Assembly (NCBI GenBank): GCA_035565355.1
Contig: DATMSM010000044.1
Span: forward strand, 7,373-71,372
DNA: 64,000 nucleotides
Origin: Rhodocyclaceae bacterium
GTDB taxonomy: Bacteria > Pseudomonadota > Gammaproteobacteria > Burkholderiales > Rhodocyclaceae
Direction of reading: 5' to 3'
This document shows positions 51,343 through 61,133 of this stretch, one piece after another. A program made the position numbers and the translations under genes. Within the stretch, counting starts at the first letter, position 1. Each line of letters starts with the position of its first letter. Under the pieces are notes generated by a model. The model ran no database searches. It was given only the letters and a program-made list of their open reading frames with translations, and was not told where the DNA came from.

Positions 51343-52254
51343 ATGAAAACCATGAGTAAAACACTCTCCCATCTCGACTGGCTCGAAGCCGAAGCCATCC
51401 ACATCATGCGCGAGGTCGCTGGCCAGTGCGCCAACCCGGCCCTGCTCTTCTCCGGCGGCAAGGACTCGGTCTGCCTGCTGCGCCTCGCCGAAAAAGCTTT
51501 CCGCCCGGGCCGCTTCCCCTTCCCGCTGGTGCATATCGACACCGGCCACAACTACAAGGAAGTGACCGACTTCCGCGACAAGCGTGCCGCCGAACTCGGC
51601 GAGCGCCTGATCGTGCGCTCGGTCGAAGACTCGATGAAGCGCGGTACCGTCGTGCTGAAGTCGGAGCTAGAACCGCGCAACAAGCACCAGTCGGTGACGC
51701 TGCTGGAAACCATCGCCGAGTTCGAGTTCGACGCCTGTATCGGCGGTGCCCGCCGCGATGAGGAAAAGGCCCGCGCCAAGGAGCGCATCTTCTCCTTCCG
51801 CGACGAGTTCGGCCAATGGGACCCGAAGAACCAGCGCCCCGAGCTTTGGGACCTGTACAACGCGCGCGCCTTCAAGGGCGAAAACATCCGCGCCTTCCCG
51901 ATCTCGAACTGGACCGAACTGGACGTGTGGCAATACATCGAGCGCGAAGGCCTCGAACTGCCGTCGATCTACTTCGCCCACCAGCGCCAGATCGTCAAGA
52001 AGAACGGCCTGCTGCAACCGGTGACCGAGGTGACCCCGATCAAGGACGGCGACGTGGCAGAAACCATGACCGTGCGTTTCCGCACCGTCGGCGACATCAC
52101 CTGCACGGCACCGGTCGAATCGGATGCCAGCAACATCCGCCAGATCATTGAAGAAACCGCGGCAACCACCGTGACCGAGCGCGGCCAGACGCGTCTGGAC
52201 GACCAGACCTCGGAAGCCTCAATGGAACAACGCAAGAAGGAAGGGTATTTCTAA
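51343..52254 (+). CDS. cysD: Sulfate adenylyltransferase subunit 2
   Basis: LLFSGGKDSVCLLRLA PP-loop and HIDTGHNYKE. Confidence 0.95.
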   Translation: MKTMSKTLSHLDWLEAEAIHIMREVAGQCANPALLFSGGKDSVCLLRLAEKAFRPGRFPFPLVHIDTGHNYKEVTDFRDKRAAELGERLIVRSVEDSMKRGTVVLKSELEPRNKHQSVTLLETIAEFEFDACIGGARRDEEKARAKERIFSFRDEFGQWDPKNQRPELWDLYNARAFKGENIRAFPISNWTELDVWQYIEREGLELPSIYFAHQRQIVKKNGLLQPVTEVTPIKDGDVAETMTVRFRTVGDITCTAPVESDASNIRQIIEETAATTVTERGQTRLDDQTSEASMEQRKKEGYF

Positions 52255-53546
52255 TGGGCGCTAATGAAATTCAAGATCGCGGCGTACTGCGCTTTCTGAC
52301 CTGCGGCAGCGTCGACGACGGCAAGAGCACGCTGATCGGCCGCCTGCTGTTCGACACCAAAACCATCCTGGTCGATACGCTCAACGCCATCGAGCGCACC
52401 TCCAAGAAGCGCGGCATGGAAGCGGTGGACCTGTCCCTGCTTACCGACGGCCTGCAGGCCGAGCGCGAGCAGGGCATCACCATCGACGTGGCCTACCGCT
52501 ACTACAGCACCGGCACGCGCAAGTACATCATCGCCGATGCGCCGGGCCACGAGCAGTACACCCGCAACATGGTGACTGCCGCCTCGACCGCCAACCTCGC
52601 CATCATCCTCATCGATGCGCGCAAGGGCATGCTGACGCAGACGCGTCGCCACTCCTACCTGGCCAACCTGGTCGGTATTCCGCATCTGCTGGTTGCCATC
52701 AACAAGATGGACCTCGTCGATTACGACCAGGCCGTGTTCGAGAAGATCAAGGCCGAATACCTCGCATTCGCCCAGCAGATCGGTCTCAAGGATGTGCGCT
52801 TCATCCCTATGTCGGCGCTGAATGGCGACATGATCGTGGATCGTGGCGACAAGCTGGACTGGTACGATGGTCCGACCCTGCTCGAAATTCTCGAAGCGGC
52901 GCCCTGCGCCCACGGTGAAAACGGTGGCGACCGCGATGAGCGCTTCCGCTTCCCGGTGCAGTTCGTGTGCCGCCCGCACGACTCCGCCAACCCCGAGCTG
53001 CACGACTATCGCGGCTTCATGGGACGCATCTCGTCCGGCTTCATCGCCAAGGGCGATGCCGTGACCGTGCTGCCCTCGGGCGCGACCAGCACGGTCAAGG
53101 ACATCCAGATCTACGGCGAATCGCTGGCCGAAGCGCATGCCGATCAGTCGGTAACCCTCCTGTTGGAGGATGAAGTCGATATCTCGCGCGGCGACATGAT
53201 CGTCAAGAGCGCTGCGCAACCGACCACCACCAAGCAGATCGAGGCCGTGCTGTGCTGGCTGTCGGAAACACCGCTGGATAAGGCGCGCAAATATGTCGTG
53301 CGCCACACCACGCGCGAATCCAAGGCCATCCTGGCCGGCATCGAATACCGTCTCGACATCAACACGCTGGAAAAACAGGGCGCCGACAAGCTGGCGGTAA
53401 ACGACATCGCCAAGGTGACGATCAAGCTGGCCCAGCCGCTGGCCATCGATCCTTACTCGGAGAACCGTGCCACCGGCGCTTTCATCGTCATTGATGAGTC
53501 AACCAACAACACGGTGGGTGCCGGCATGATTTTGAACGCCGCTTAA
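52254..53546 (+). CDS. cysN: Sulfate adenylyltransferase subunit 1 (GTPase only, no fused APS kinase)
   Basis: GSVDDGKSTLIGRLL, DAPGHEQY and NKMD GTPase motifs. At 430 aa there is no CysC domain. TAATG overlap with cysD. Confidence 0.95.
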   Translation: MGANEIQDRGVLRFLTCGSVDDGKSTLIGRLLFDTKTILVDTLNAIERTSKKRGMEAVDLSLLTDGLQAEREQGITIDVAYRYYSTGTRKYIIADAPGHEQYTRNMVTAASTANLAIILIDARKGMLTQTRRHSYLANLVGIPHLLVAINKMDLVDYDQAVFEKIKAEYLAFAQQIGLKDVRFIPMSALNGDMIVDRGDKLDWYDGPTLLEILEAAPCAHGENGGDRDERFRFPVQFVCRPHDSANPELHDYRGFMGRISSGFIAKGDAVTVLPSGATSTVKDIQIYGESLAEAHADQSVTLLLEDEVDISRGDMIVKSAAQPTTTKQIEAVLCWLSETPLDKARKYVVRHTTRESKAILAGIEYRLDINTLEKQGADKLAVNDIAKVTIKLAQPLAIDPYSENRATGAFIVIDESTNNTVGAGMILNAA

Positions 53547-53731
53547 GCGGCGTTCAAAATCACAGCTAAGCACTCCCTCCCCCGCCCCGTCCGGGGCTCG
53601 CATTGCACTGCTCGCCCGCTCATGCGGCGCAAAGCAGTGCTTTGCGAATTCCCGCCTTCGCCCCACATGGAAGGGGCGAAACCGGTCGGTCCGCTCTTCG
53701 CCGATACGGTCAAGTCGCGTAAGATTGCCGC

Positions 53732-54229
53732 ATGAAGCTGCTCACGCCCACACGCATCTTTGTTCTGACCTTCCTGGCCGGTGCCGGTCTGGTTGGCGGC
53801 GGCTTGTATCTGGCCAAGACGCTCAATCTGGCGGCCTGCCCGCTGTGCATTTTGCAGCGCATGGTGTATCTGGCGCTGGCGCTCTCCTCCCTGATCGGCC
53901 TAGTACTGTCACGCTGCCGCCTGTCGCAGGTGCTGGTCGCGCTCGGCAATAGCGGGCTGGCCGGACTGGGCGCCTTTATCGCCGGCTACCAAGTCTGGCT
54001 GCAGCGCTTCGCCACCGACATCAGTTGCACCGCCAACGCTCCCTGGTGGGAAGAGTTTGTTTACTGGGCCGGGGAGAAAGTCCCGCCTCTGTTCGAGGCG
54101 ACGGGCCTGTGTTCGGAAGCCGGCTGGAAGTTCCTCGGCCTCGCCATCGCCGACTGGTCGCTGCTGGCCTTCAGCGGCCTGCTGCTACTGTCGCTGCTTG
54201 CCTTCGCCAAGATCCTGCGCGGCAGATAA
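53732..54229 (+). CDS. dsbB: Disulfide bond formation protein B
   Basis: Four TM segments. First loop has CPLCILQR and the second periplasmic loop has a Cys pair. Confidence 0.85.
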   Translation: MKLLTPTRIFVLTFLAGAGLVGGGLYLAKTLNLAACPLCILQRMVYLALALSSLIGLVLSRCRLSQVLVALGNSGLAGLGAFIAGYQVWLQRFATDISCTANAPWWEEFVYWAGEKVPPLFEATGLCSEAGWKFLGLAIADWSLLAFSGLLLLSLLAFAKILRGR

Positions 54230-54259
54230 ACGCCCGCCGCGCCGCGATTTGGCGGAAAA

Positions 54260-55099
54260 TTGCAGCATTCGCCAATCAAGAGCGTTACCCCGATGAGTAG
54301 TACCTATCCCGTTTTTCGTCTTCACCCCGCGCCTAGCACCGAGGCTGAACGGCTGATCGCGAAAATTGACGCCGTCCTTCCCCAGACGCAGTGCACCAAG
54401 TGCGGCTATGACGGCTGTCGCCCCTATGCCGAGGCCATTGCGCGCGGCGAGGCCGACATCAATCAGTGCCCGCCCGGCGGCGACCATGGCATTCATGTGC
54501 TGGCCGAGCTGCTGGACAAGCAATACAAGCCGCTGAACCCGGCCAATGGCTTCGAGCAGCCACGTATGGTGGCCTTCATCGACGAGCCGATCTGTATCGG
54601 CTGCACCTTGTGCATTCAGGCCTGCCCGGTCGATGCCATCGTCGGCGCCGCCAAGCTGATGCACACCATCGTTCCCGACCTCTGCTCCGGCTGCGACCTC
54701 TGCGTTGCGCCCTGCCCGGTCGACTGCATCAGCATGCAGCCCGTCACCGCCGAGGAACTGGCACTGGATCGCAGCGAACAATGGCGCAGCCAGCATGAAT
54801 TCCTTTTGTTTCGCGAGCAACGCAACAAGGAAGAAAAGAGCAAACCCGTCGGTGCTAAAGCACCGACCTCGCCGGCTGATGCCGGCATCGCCGAACCGTC
54901 CGCCCCCTCATCGGCTGTAGCAGCAGCGGCCGATCTGATGCCACTGGATGCAAAGCGCGCTCTGATCGCCGCCGCCATGGAGCGCGCGCGCCAACAGCGC
55001 GAGGCGGCCGCGCCGCAGAACACTGACAATCTCAGCGATGCCACACGCGCGGAAATCGAAGCCATCGAAGCGCGACGCAAGAAGAACGAGAACAGCTGA
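54260..55099 (+). CDS. RnfB/RsxB-like 4Fe-4S ferredoxin
   Basis: [13 protein letters not shown]...CPPGG, then two CxxCxxCxxxCP motifs. The start could be 54293. Confidence 0.8.
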   Translation: MQHSPIKSVTPMSSTYPVFRLHPAPSTEAERLIAKIDAVLPQTQCTKCGYDGCRPYAEAIARGEADINQCPPGGDHGIHVLAELLDKQYKPLNPANGFEQPRMVAFIDEPICIGCTLCIQACPVDAIVGAAKLMHTIVPDLCSGCDLCVAPCPVDCISMQPVTAEELALDRSEQWRSQHEFLLFREQRNKEEKSKPVGAKAPTSPADAGIAEPSAPSSAVAAAADLMPLDAKRALIAAAMERARQQREAAAPQNTDNLSDATRAEIEAIEARRKKNENS

Positions 55100-55105
55100 G
55101 CCCAG

Positions 55106-55744
55106 ATGAATCCCCAAACGCGATACGAAATCTTCAAGCGTCTCGCCAAGTCGATTCCCGAGCCGGAAACCGAACTGGAATATGAAACGCCCTACCAACT
55201 GCTGGTCGCGGTCGTGCTCTCGGCCCAGGCCACGGACAAGGGGGTGAATATCGCCACGCGGCCCCTGTTCAAGAAGGCGCCGACGCCCGAGCAGATGGTC
55301 AAACTGGGTCTGGAAGGTATTACCGAAGCGGTCAAGACCATAGGCCTGTTCCGCACCAAGGCCAAGAATGTGCTGGCGCTGTCCGAACTGTTGATCGCTC
55401 ACCATGGCAGCCAGGTGCCGGATGACCGCGACGCCCTGGAAGCCCTGCCGGGTGTTGGCCGCAAGACGGCCAATGTCATACTCAACACCATCTTCGGCCA
55501 TCCGACTATCGCGGTGGATACGCACATCTTCCGCTTCGCCAATCGCACCAGAATTGCACCGGGCAAGGATGTGCGCGCGGTCGAGGACAAGCTGATCAAG
55601 GTGGTGCCCAAGGACTTCCTCGTCGATGCGCACCACCTGATGATCCTGCATGGCCGCTACGTGTGCAAGGCACGCACGCCCGAATGCTTTCGCTGCGTCA
55701 TCAATGACCTGTGCGAATTCAAAGAGAAAAATCTGGAGTACTGA
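55106..55744 (+). CDS. nth: Endonuclease III
   Basis: HhH-GPD LPGVGRKTANV and the C-terminal Fe-S cluster CKARTPECFRCVINDLC. Confidence 0.95.
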   Translation: MNPQTRYEIFKRLAKSIPEPETELEYETPYQLLVAVVLSAQATDKGVNIATRPLFKKAPTPEQMVKLGLEGITEAVKTIGLFRTKAKNVLALSELLIAHHGSQVPDDRDALEALPGVGRKTANVILNTIFGHPTIAVDTHIFRFANRTRIAPGKDVRAVEDKLIKVVPKDFLVDAHHLMILHGRYVCKARTPECFRCVINDLCEFKEKNLEY

Positions 55745-55750
55745 AATCCA

Positions 55751-56179
55751 ATGAGCCTCTTCAATCCCACCCGTGATCAAGTCCGCCTCTTCTTCATCGA
55801 CGCCTGGAAGAAGGAGCGCGAAGGCCTGCCGCAGACGCCGCTGGAAATGCAGGCCTCGACCTTCGTGAAATGGCATCCGGAATATCATGCCCTGCTCGAG
55901 GCACCGGACGCGCTAACGCGCGAATGGACACCCGAAGACGGCGAGACCAACCCCTTCCTGCATCTGTCCATGCATCTGGCCATCTACGAACAGTTGCAGA
56001 TCGACCAGCCGCCCGGCCTGCGCGACGCCTTCACAAAACTCTGCGACAAGCACGGCAACCAGCACGATGCTTTCCACGACGTACTCGAATGCCTGGGTGA
56101 GACAATGTGGCAGGCCCAACGTAGCGGCCAGCCGCCGGACAGCGCCGCCTATGTCGAATGCGTGCGGATGAAGCTATAA
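55751..56179 (+). CDS. DUF1841-family protein
   Basis: 142-aa conserved hypothetical protein (NPFLHLSMHLAIYEQL). Confidence 0.65.
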   Translation: MSLFNPTRDQVRLFFIDAWKKEREGLPQTPLEMQASTFVKWHPEYHALLEAPDALTREWTPEDGETNPFLHLSMHLAIYEQLQIDQPPGLRDAFTKLCDKHGNQHDAFHDVLECLGETMWQAQRSGQPPDSAAYVECVRMKL

Positions 56180-56216
56180 ACAAGACCTGAGCGCCAACCC
56201 AGCCCGAGGACTCATC

Positions 56217-57059
56217 ATGCGTTTCGAAGGAAGCTCGACCTACGTTGCCACGCCGGATCTGATGCTTGCGGTCAATGCCGCCATCACCCTGCAGCGCCCC
56301 TTGCTGATCAAGGGTGAGCCAGGCACCGGCAAGACCATGCTGGCTGAGGAGGTTGCCGCCGCGCTGAGCAAGCCGCTGTTCCAGTGGCATATCAAGTCGA
56401 CGACCAAGGCGCAGCAGGGACTCTACGAATATGACGCTGTCTCGCGCCTGCGTGACTCGCAACTGGGCGATGATCGCGTCAGGGATATCCGCAACTACAT
56501 CGTCAAAGGCACGCTGTGGCAAGCCTTTGAATCCGACCAGCAGGCCGTAGTCCTGATCGATGAGGTCGACAAGGCCGACATCGAGTTCCCCAACGACCTG
56601 CTGCGCGAACTCGATCGCATGGAGTTCACCTGCTACGAGACGCACGAGACGATCAAGGCCAGGCACCGGCCGCTGATCATCATCACGTCAAACAACGAGA
56701 AGGAACTGCCGGATGCCTTTCTGCGTCGCTGCTTCTTCCACTACATCAGCTTTCCGGACCGGGAAACGATGGCAAAGATCGTCGAGGTGCATTTCCCCAA
56801 GCTCAAGCAGGAATTGCTGCGCGAGGCGCTGGAGGTGTTTTTCGACATCCGTCAGGTACCCGGGCTGAAGAAGAAGCCTTCGACCTCCGAGCTCATCGAC
56901 TGGCTGAAGCTGATGGTGGCCGAGGACATTCCGGCCGATGCCTTGCGCAGCGCCGACCGCCGCACCGTCATCCCGCCGCTGGCCGGCGCCCTGCTCAAGA
57001 ACGAGCAGGATGTGCATCTCTTCGAGCGACTGGCTTTCATGAGCCGCGCCGGCAAGTAA
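56217..57059 (+). CDS. MoxR/CoxD-like AAA+ ATPase
   Basis: Walker A GEPGTGKT and Walker B VVLIDEVDKA. Confidence 0.85.
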   Translation: MRFEGSSTYVATPDLMLAVNAAITLQRPLLIKGEPGTGKTMLAEEVAAALSKPLFQWHIKSTTKAQQGLYEYDAVSRLRDSQLGDDRVRDIRNYIVKGTLWQAFESDQQAVVLIDEVDKADIEFPNDLLRELDRMEFTCYETHETIKARHRPLIIITSNNEKELPDAFLRRCFFHYISFPDRETMAKIVEVHFPKLKQELLREALEVFFDIRQVPGLKKKPSTSELIDWLKLMVAEDIPADALRSADRRTVIPPLAGALLKNEQDVHLFERLAFMSRAGK

Positions 57060-57069
57060 GGACACCGCG

Positions 57070-58245
57070 GTGCTGATCGACTTCTTTCTGCACCTGAAGA
57101 ACAAGCAACTGCCGGTCTCGACCAAGGAGTTCCTAACCCTGCTCGAAGCCATGCAGGCGGGTTTGTCGAATCACAATATCGACGACTTCTACATCCTGTC
57201 ACGCGCCTGCCTGGTCAAGGACGAAAAGCACTACGACAGGTTCGATCTCGCCTTTGGCGAGTACTTCAAGGGCGTGGCAGCCCTTCCGGGCATGGCCGAT
57301 GCCATCCCCGAAGATTGGCTCAAGTACATCAGCAGCCGCTATCTCAGCGAAGAGGCCAAAGCTGCGCTGGAAAGAATGGGCCTGGACAAGCTGCTCGAAG
57401 AATTCCAGAAGCGCATGGACGAACAGAAGGGCCGCCACCAGGGCGGCAACAAATGGATAGGCACCGGCGGTTCCAGCCCCTTTGGTCACAGTGGCTACCA
57501 TCCGGAAGGCATACGCGTGGGCGGGGAATCAGCCGGCCACCGCACTGCCATCAAGGTCTGGGAAAACCGCGAATTCAGGAACCTCGACGACACGCTGGAG
57601 CTGGGTACGCGCAACATCAAGGTGGCGCTCAAAACCCTGCGCAAATTCGCACGCAGCGGCGCGGCCGACGAGCTCGACCTGGAAGGCACCATCACCAGTA
57701 CCGCGCGCAATGCCGGCTGGCTGGATCTCCGCATGCGGCCGGAACGGCGCAATGCGATCAAGGTGCTGCTCTTCCTCGACGTGGGCGGATCGATGGATGA
57801 CCATATCCTGCAGTGCGAGGAGCTTTTCTCTGCCGCGCGGCAGGAGTTCAAGCACCTGGAATACTTCTACTTCCACAACTGCATCTACGACCATGTCTGG
57901 CGCGACAACCGGCGCCGCCGCACCGAGGCGATTCCGCTGCACGACGTGCTGCACAAGTACGGCAGCGACTACAAGCTGATCATCGTCGGCGACGCCAGCA
58001 TGGCGCCCAGCGAGATCCTTCATCCCAACGGTAGCGTCGAATACAACAACGCCGAATCAGGCCAGACCTGGATGAGGCGTCTGCTCAGCACCTATCCCCA
58101 CGCCGTATGGCTGAACCCGGAACCCGGGCACATGTGGCAATACACCCGCTCGATCGGCCTCATGCAGGAGCTCATGCAGGGGCGCATGTACCCGCTGACC
58201 CTCGACGGTCTGGGCAGCGCCATGCAGGAACTCAGGAGAAAGTAG
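57070..58245 (+). CDS. VWA domain protein (CoxE-like partner of the MoxR ATPase)
   Basis: LLFLDVGGSMD MIDAS-like motif. GTG start 11 nt after the MoxR gene. Confidence 0.8.
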   Translation: MLIDFFLHLKNKQLPVSTKEFLTLLEAMQAGLSNHNIDDFYILSRACLVKDEKHYDRFDLAFGEYFKGVAALPGMADAIPEDWLKYISSRYLSEEAKAALERMGLDKLLEEFQKRMDEQKGRHQGGNKWIGTGGSSPFGHSGYHPEGIRVGGESAGHRTAIKVWENREFRNLDDTLELGTRNIKVALKTLRKFARSGAADELDLEGTITSTARNAGWLDLRMRPERRNAIKVLLFLDVGGSMDDHILQCEELFSAARQEFKHLEYFYFHNCIYDHVWRDNRRRRTEAIPLHDVLHKYGSDYKLIIVGDASMAPSEILHPNGSVEYNNAESGQTWMRRLLSTYPHAVWLNPEPGHMWQYTRSIGLMQELMQGRMYPLTLDGLGSAMQELRRK

Positions 58246-58259
58246 CCCGGGCGCCGCGC

Positions 58260-60080
58260 TCAGCCTGGCGGCGCGACCTTGAGTACTTCCTCTATCGTGG
58301 TCAGCCCCGCCGCCACCTTCATGGCGCCGGAGATGCGCAAGGGCTTGGTACCCTCGCGCATCGCCTGCTCGCGCAAGTCGTTCAGATCGCCTTGAGCGGC
58401 CAGCACCTTCTTGAACTCGGGCGTCAGCATCAGGATTTCATACAGGCCGACGCGGCCCTGGTAACCGGTCATGCGGCAATCCAAACAGCCGACGGGGTAG
58501 TAGATATTGGCGGGTACCTTGGCCTTCCACGGCGATACCAACTCATTCCAGGCCGCCTCTTCCTCCGGCCGGATCGGGTGCGCGGCCTTGCAGGCCGGGC
58601 ACAGGGTGCGCACCAGGCGCTGCGCCATCACGCCAAGCACGGTGGCGTTAATGAGATAGGCCGGCACGCCGAGATCGAGCATGCGCGTGACCGCCGAGGC
58701 CGCATCGTTGGTGTGCAGTGTGGATAGGACCAGGTGGCCGGTCAGGGCCGCCTGGATCGCCATCTCGGCGGTTTCCAGGTCGCGGATTTCGCCGACCATG
58801 ATGATGTCCGGGTCCTGCCGCATCAGGGCGCGCACGCCGGCGGCGAAGGTCACGCCGATATCCGACTGCACCTGCACCTGATTGAAGGCGCTCTCGACCA
58901 TTTCGATCGGATCTTCGAGCGTGCACACATTGACCTCATCGGTCGCCAGCTGCTTGAGCGTGGTGTACAGCGTAGTGGTCTTGCCGGAGCCGGTCGGGCC
59001 GGTGACCAGAATGATGCCGTTGGGCTTGGCGGTCATGCCGTCCCAGCGCGCCTTGTCTTCGGGCGAGAAGCCGAGATCGGCGAAGTCGCGCACCAGCACT
59101 TCCGGATCGAAGATACGCATCACCAGCTTCTCACCGAAGGCGGTGGGAATGGTGGACAGACGCAGCTCGACCTCCTGCCCGTCCGGCATCTTGGTCTTGA
59201 TACGGCCATCCTGCGGGCGACGCTTCTCGACCACATCCATGCGGCCGAGAATCTTGATGCGGCTGGTCATTGCATTCAGCACCGACTTGGGGATCTGGTA
59301 GACCTGATGCAGCACGCCATCGATGCGGAAACGCACGATGCCCAACTCGCGGCGCGGTTCGATGTGAATGTCGCTGGCGCGCTGGTCGAAAGCGTATTGC
59401 CACAGCCAATCGACAATGCGCACGATGTGCTGGTCGTTGGCGTCGAACTGCTTGTTGCTGTTGCCAAGCTCGACCAGTTGCTCAAAATTACTGGCACCGC
59501 CATTGCCTTCGCCCGACTTCATTGCCCCCTTGACCGAACGCGCCAGGTTGTAGAACTCGACCTGGAAGCGCGTGATGTCGTTGGGGTTCGCCACCACCAG
59601 CCGGATATCCTTGCGGATGATGGGCTGCAGCTCGGCCTCCCATTCACGCATGAAGGGCTCGGCGGTGGCGATCACCACCTCGTGCGGCTTGACCTCGACC
59701 GGCAGGATGCCAAAGCGGGTTGCATAGGCGCTGCTCATCACCTCGGTAACGGCGGAAAAATTGGTCTTGAGCGGGTCGATATGCACATAGTCGAGACCGG
59801 CCCAGCCGGCCATCCACTGTGTCAGGCTATCCACATCCAGAACACGATGCGGCGGCTTCAGCGACTTCCAGCGCTGTTCGGCGATCAACACCAGCGGATG
59901 CGTTGCCCCCTTGTAATGGCGGCGCTCATGCTTGAACTGTGCGGCAACATCGGGATCGATAAGCTGGCTTTCAAGCAGCGCATCGATCAGTTCGACCAGC
60001 GCGACACGATGCGCGGCAGTGTGCGCAGCGCTGGCGCTGCTGGCAGGACGAGCGGCCGTTTTGGCGTTAGGTGTGCTCAT
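58260..60080 (-). CDS. GspE/PilB-family type II/IV secretion ATPase
   Basis: Walker A GPTGSGKTT, Asp box, Walker B IIMVGEIRD, His box, tetracysteine CPACK...CLDC, and an N-terminal T2SSE_N-like domain. Start set at MSTPNAK. Confidence 0.9.
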   Translation of the reverse strand: MSTPNAKTAARPASSASAAHTAAHRVALVELIDALLESQLIDPDVAAQFKHERRHYKGATHPLVLIAEQRWKSLKPPHRVLDVDSLTQWMAGWAGLDYVHIDPLKTNFSAVTEVMSSAYATRFGILPVEVKPHEVVIATAEPFMREWEAELQPIIRKDIRLVVANPNDITRFQVEFYNLARSVKGAMKSGEGNGGASNFEQLVELGNSNKQFDANDQHIVRIVDWLWQYAFDQRASDIHIEPRRELGIVRFRIDGVLHQVYQIPKSVLNAMTSRIKILGRMDVVEKRRPQDGRIKTKMPDGQEVELRLSTIPTAFGEKLVMRIFDPEVLVRDFADLGFSPEDKARWDGMTAKPNGIILVTGPTGSGKTTTLYTTLKQLATDEVNVCTLEDPIEMVESAFNQVQVQSDIGVTFAAGVRALMRQDPDIIMVGEIRDLETAEMAIQAALTGHLVLSTLHTNDAASAVTRMLDLGVPAYLINATVLGVMAQRLVRTLCPACKAAHPIRPEEEAAWNELVSPWKAKVPANIYYPVGCLDCRMTGYQGRVGLYEILMLTPEFKKVLAAQGDLNDLREQAMREGTKPLRISGAMKVAAGLTTIEEVLKVAPPG

Positions 60081-60170
60081 GGAAGACCTTGCGGGGCGGA
60101 TTGCGCACAATATAGCTGAGCGGCGGGTGCTTCTGTACTTTCCGGGCGTGCCGGACCGAAGCAGTGTCGC

Positions 60171-61133
60171 TCAAACCGCAGCAAAGCGGGCCAGAAAGAC
60201 GGCGCTGACCGTGTCGATGGACGCGGCATCCAGGCCGGTAATGCCACCCGCCGACTCGCGCCCGCCGCCGCCCGGGAACTCGCGGCAAAAGCGCGCCGCG
60301 CCGTAAGGGCGCAGTTGCGGCGCCCTTACGCTGGCGGTGTAGCTGCCCCGGCCATCCGGGCAGAAAATCAGGTGCGCGCGGGCACGCTCCTGTTGCGACA
60401 GCGCGTTCGCCCAGACACCGATAGCCCGGCGCGCCCAGGGCCGATCCGGCAGCACATAAATAGCGCAGTCCGAGGTTAGGGTGCCAGGCTGCACGGCGCT
60501 GACTGCCGCCATATCTTCCTCATAGCCCGCCTTCAGGGTCGCGTAAGCCTCAGCTGCGGCAACGAAGGCGAAAGGATCGCCGTACTCGCGCAGGATGCCG
60601 TACAGCACGACCGGATCGAAGTGCAAATCGGCCAGCTCGCTACCGTAGCCGTTGTAGTTCAGCAGCTCGCCCAACTGGCGCAGGGTCGCGGTACGCGCCT
60701 GATCGAAGCCAGCGGCCTGCGCCAGCCGGCCGGCCACACTGGGCATATTGTCGCCAAAGGCGCCCGCCACCGCCCAGGCCGGCTGGGCGCCGCCGGTGGC
60801 GTGATACACCAGCAGACTGGTACATACCTCGGGCGACTCATCCACCGTCAGCGTCAGGGCCGGATGCTGCAAGCGCTCGCCGGGATGGTGGTGGTCAAAA
60901 TAGCGAATCACGGCGCCGTCGGCCAGCAATCGCGCCACATCGGCCCGGTTGTTCTCGAAATTGATATCCAGTACCAGCAGCGTCTTGCCGACGCCACTGT
61001 CGACCCGGCGCAGCAATGCATTGTCACGCTTGACCCCACTCAGGAGGCTGGCCTCGGCCGGATAGCGCAAACGCCACTGCATGAGCGCGCACAAGCCATC
61101 GGCATCACCGTTGAATACGTCGATCAGTTCCAT
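60171..61133 (-). CDS. DHH/DHHA1-like phosphoesterase-family protein
   Basis: DGDADGLCA and FDHHHPG motifs. C-terminal GGGGRESAGG resembles the GGGH motif of DHHA1. Confidence 0.65.
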   Translation of the reverse strand: MELIDVFNGDADGLCALMQWRLRYPAEASLLSGVKRDNALLRRVDSGVGKTLLVLDINFENNRADVARLLADGAVIRYFDHHHPGERLQHPALTLTVDESPEVCTSLLVYHATGGAQPAWAVAGAFGDNMPSVAGRLAQAAGFDQARTATLRQLGELLNYNGYGSELADLHFDPVVLYGILREYGDPFAFVAAAEAYATLKAGYEEDMAAVSAVQPGTLTSDCAIYVLPDRPWARRAIGVWANALSQQERARAHLIFCPDGRGSYTASVRAPQLRPYGAARFCREFPGGGGRESAGGITGLDAASIDTVSAVFLARFAAV

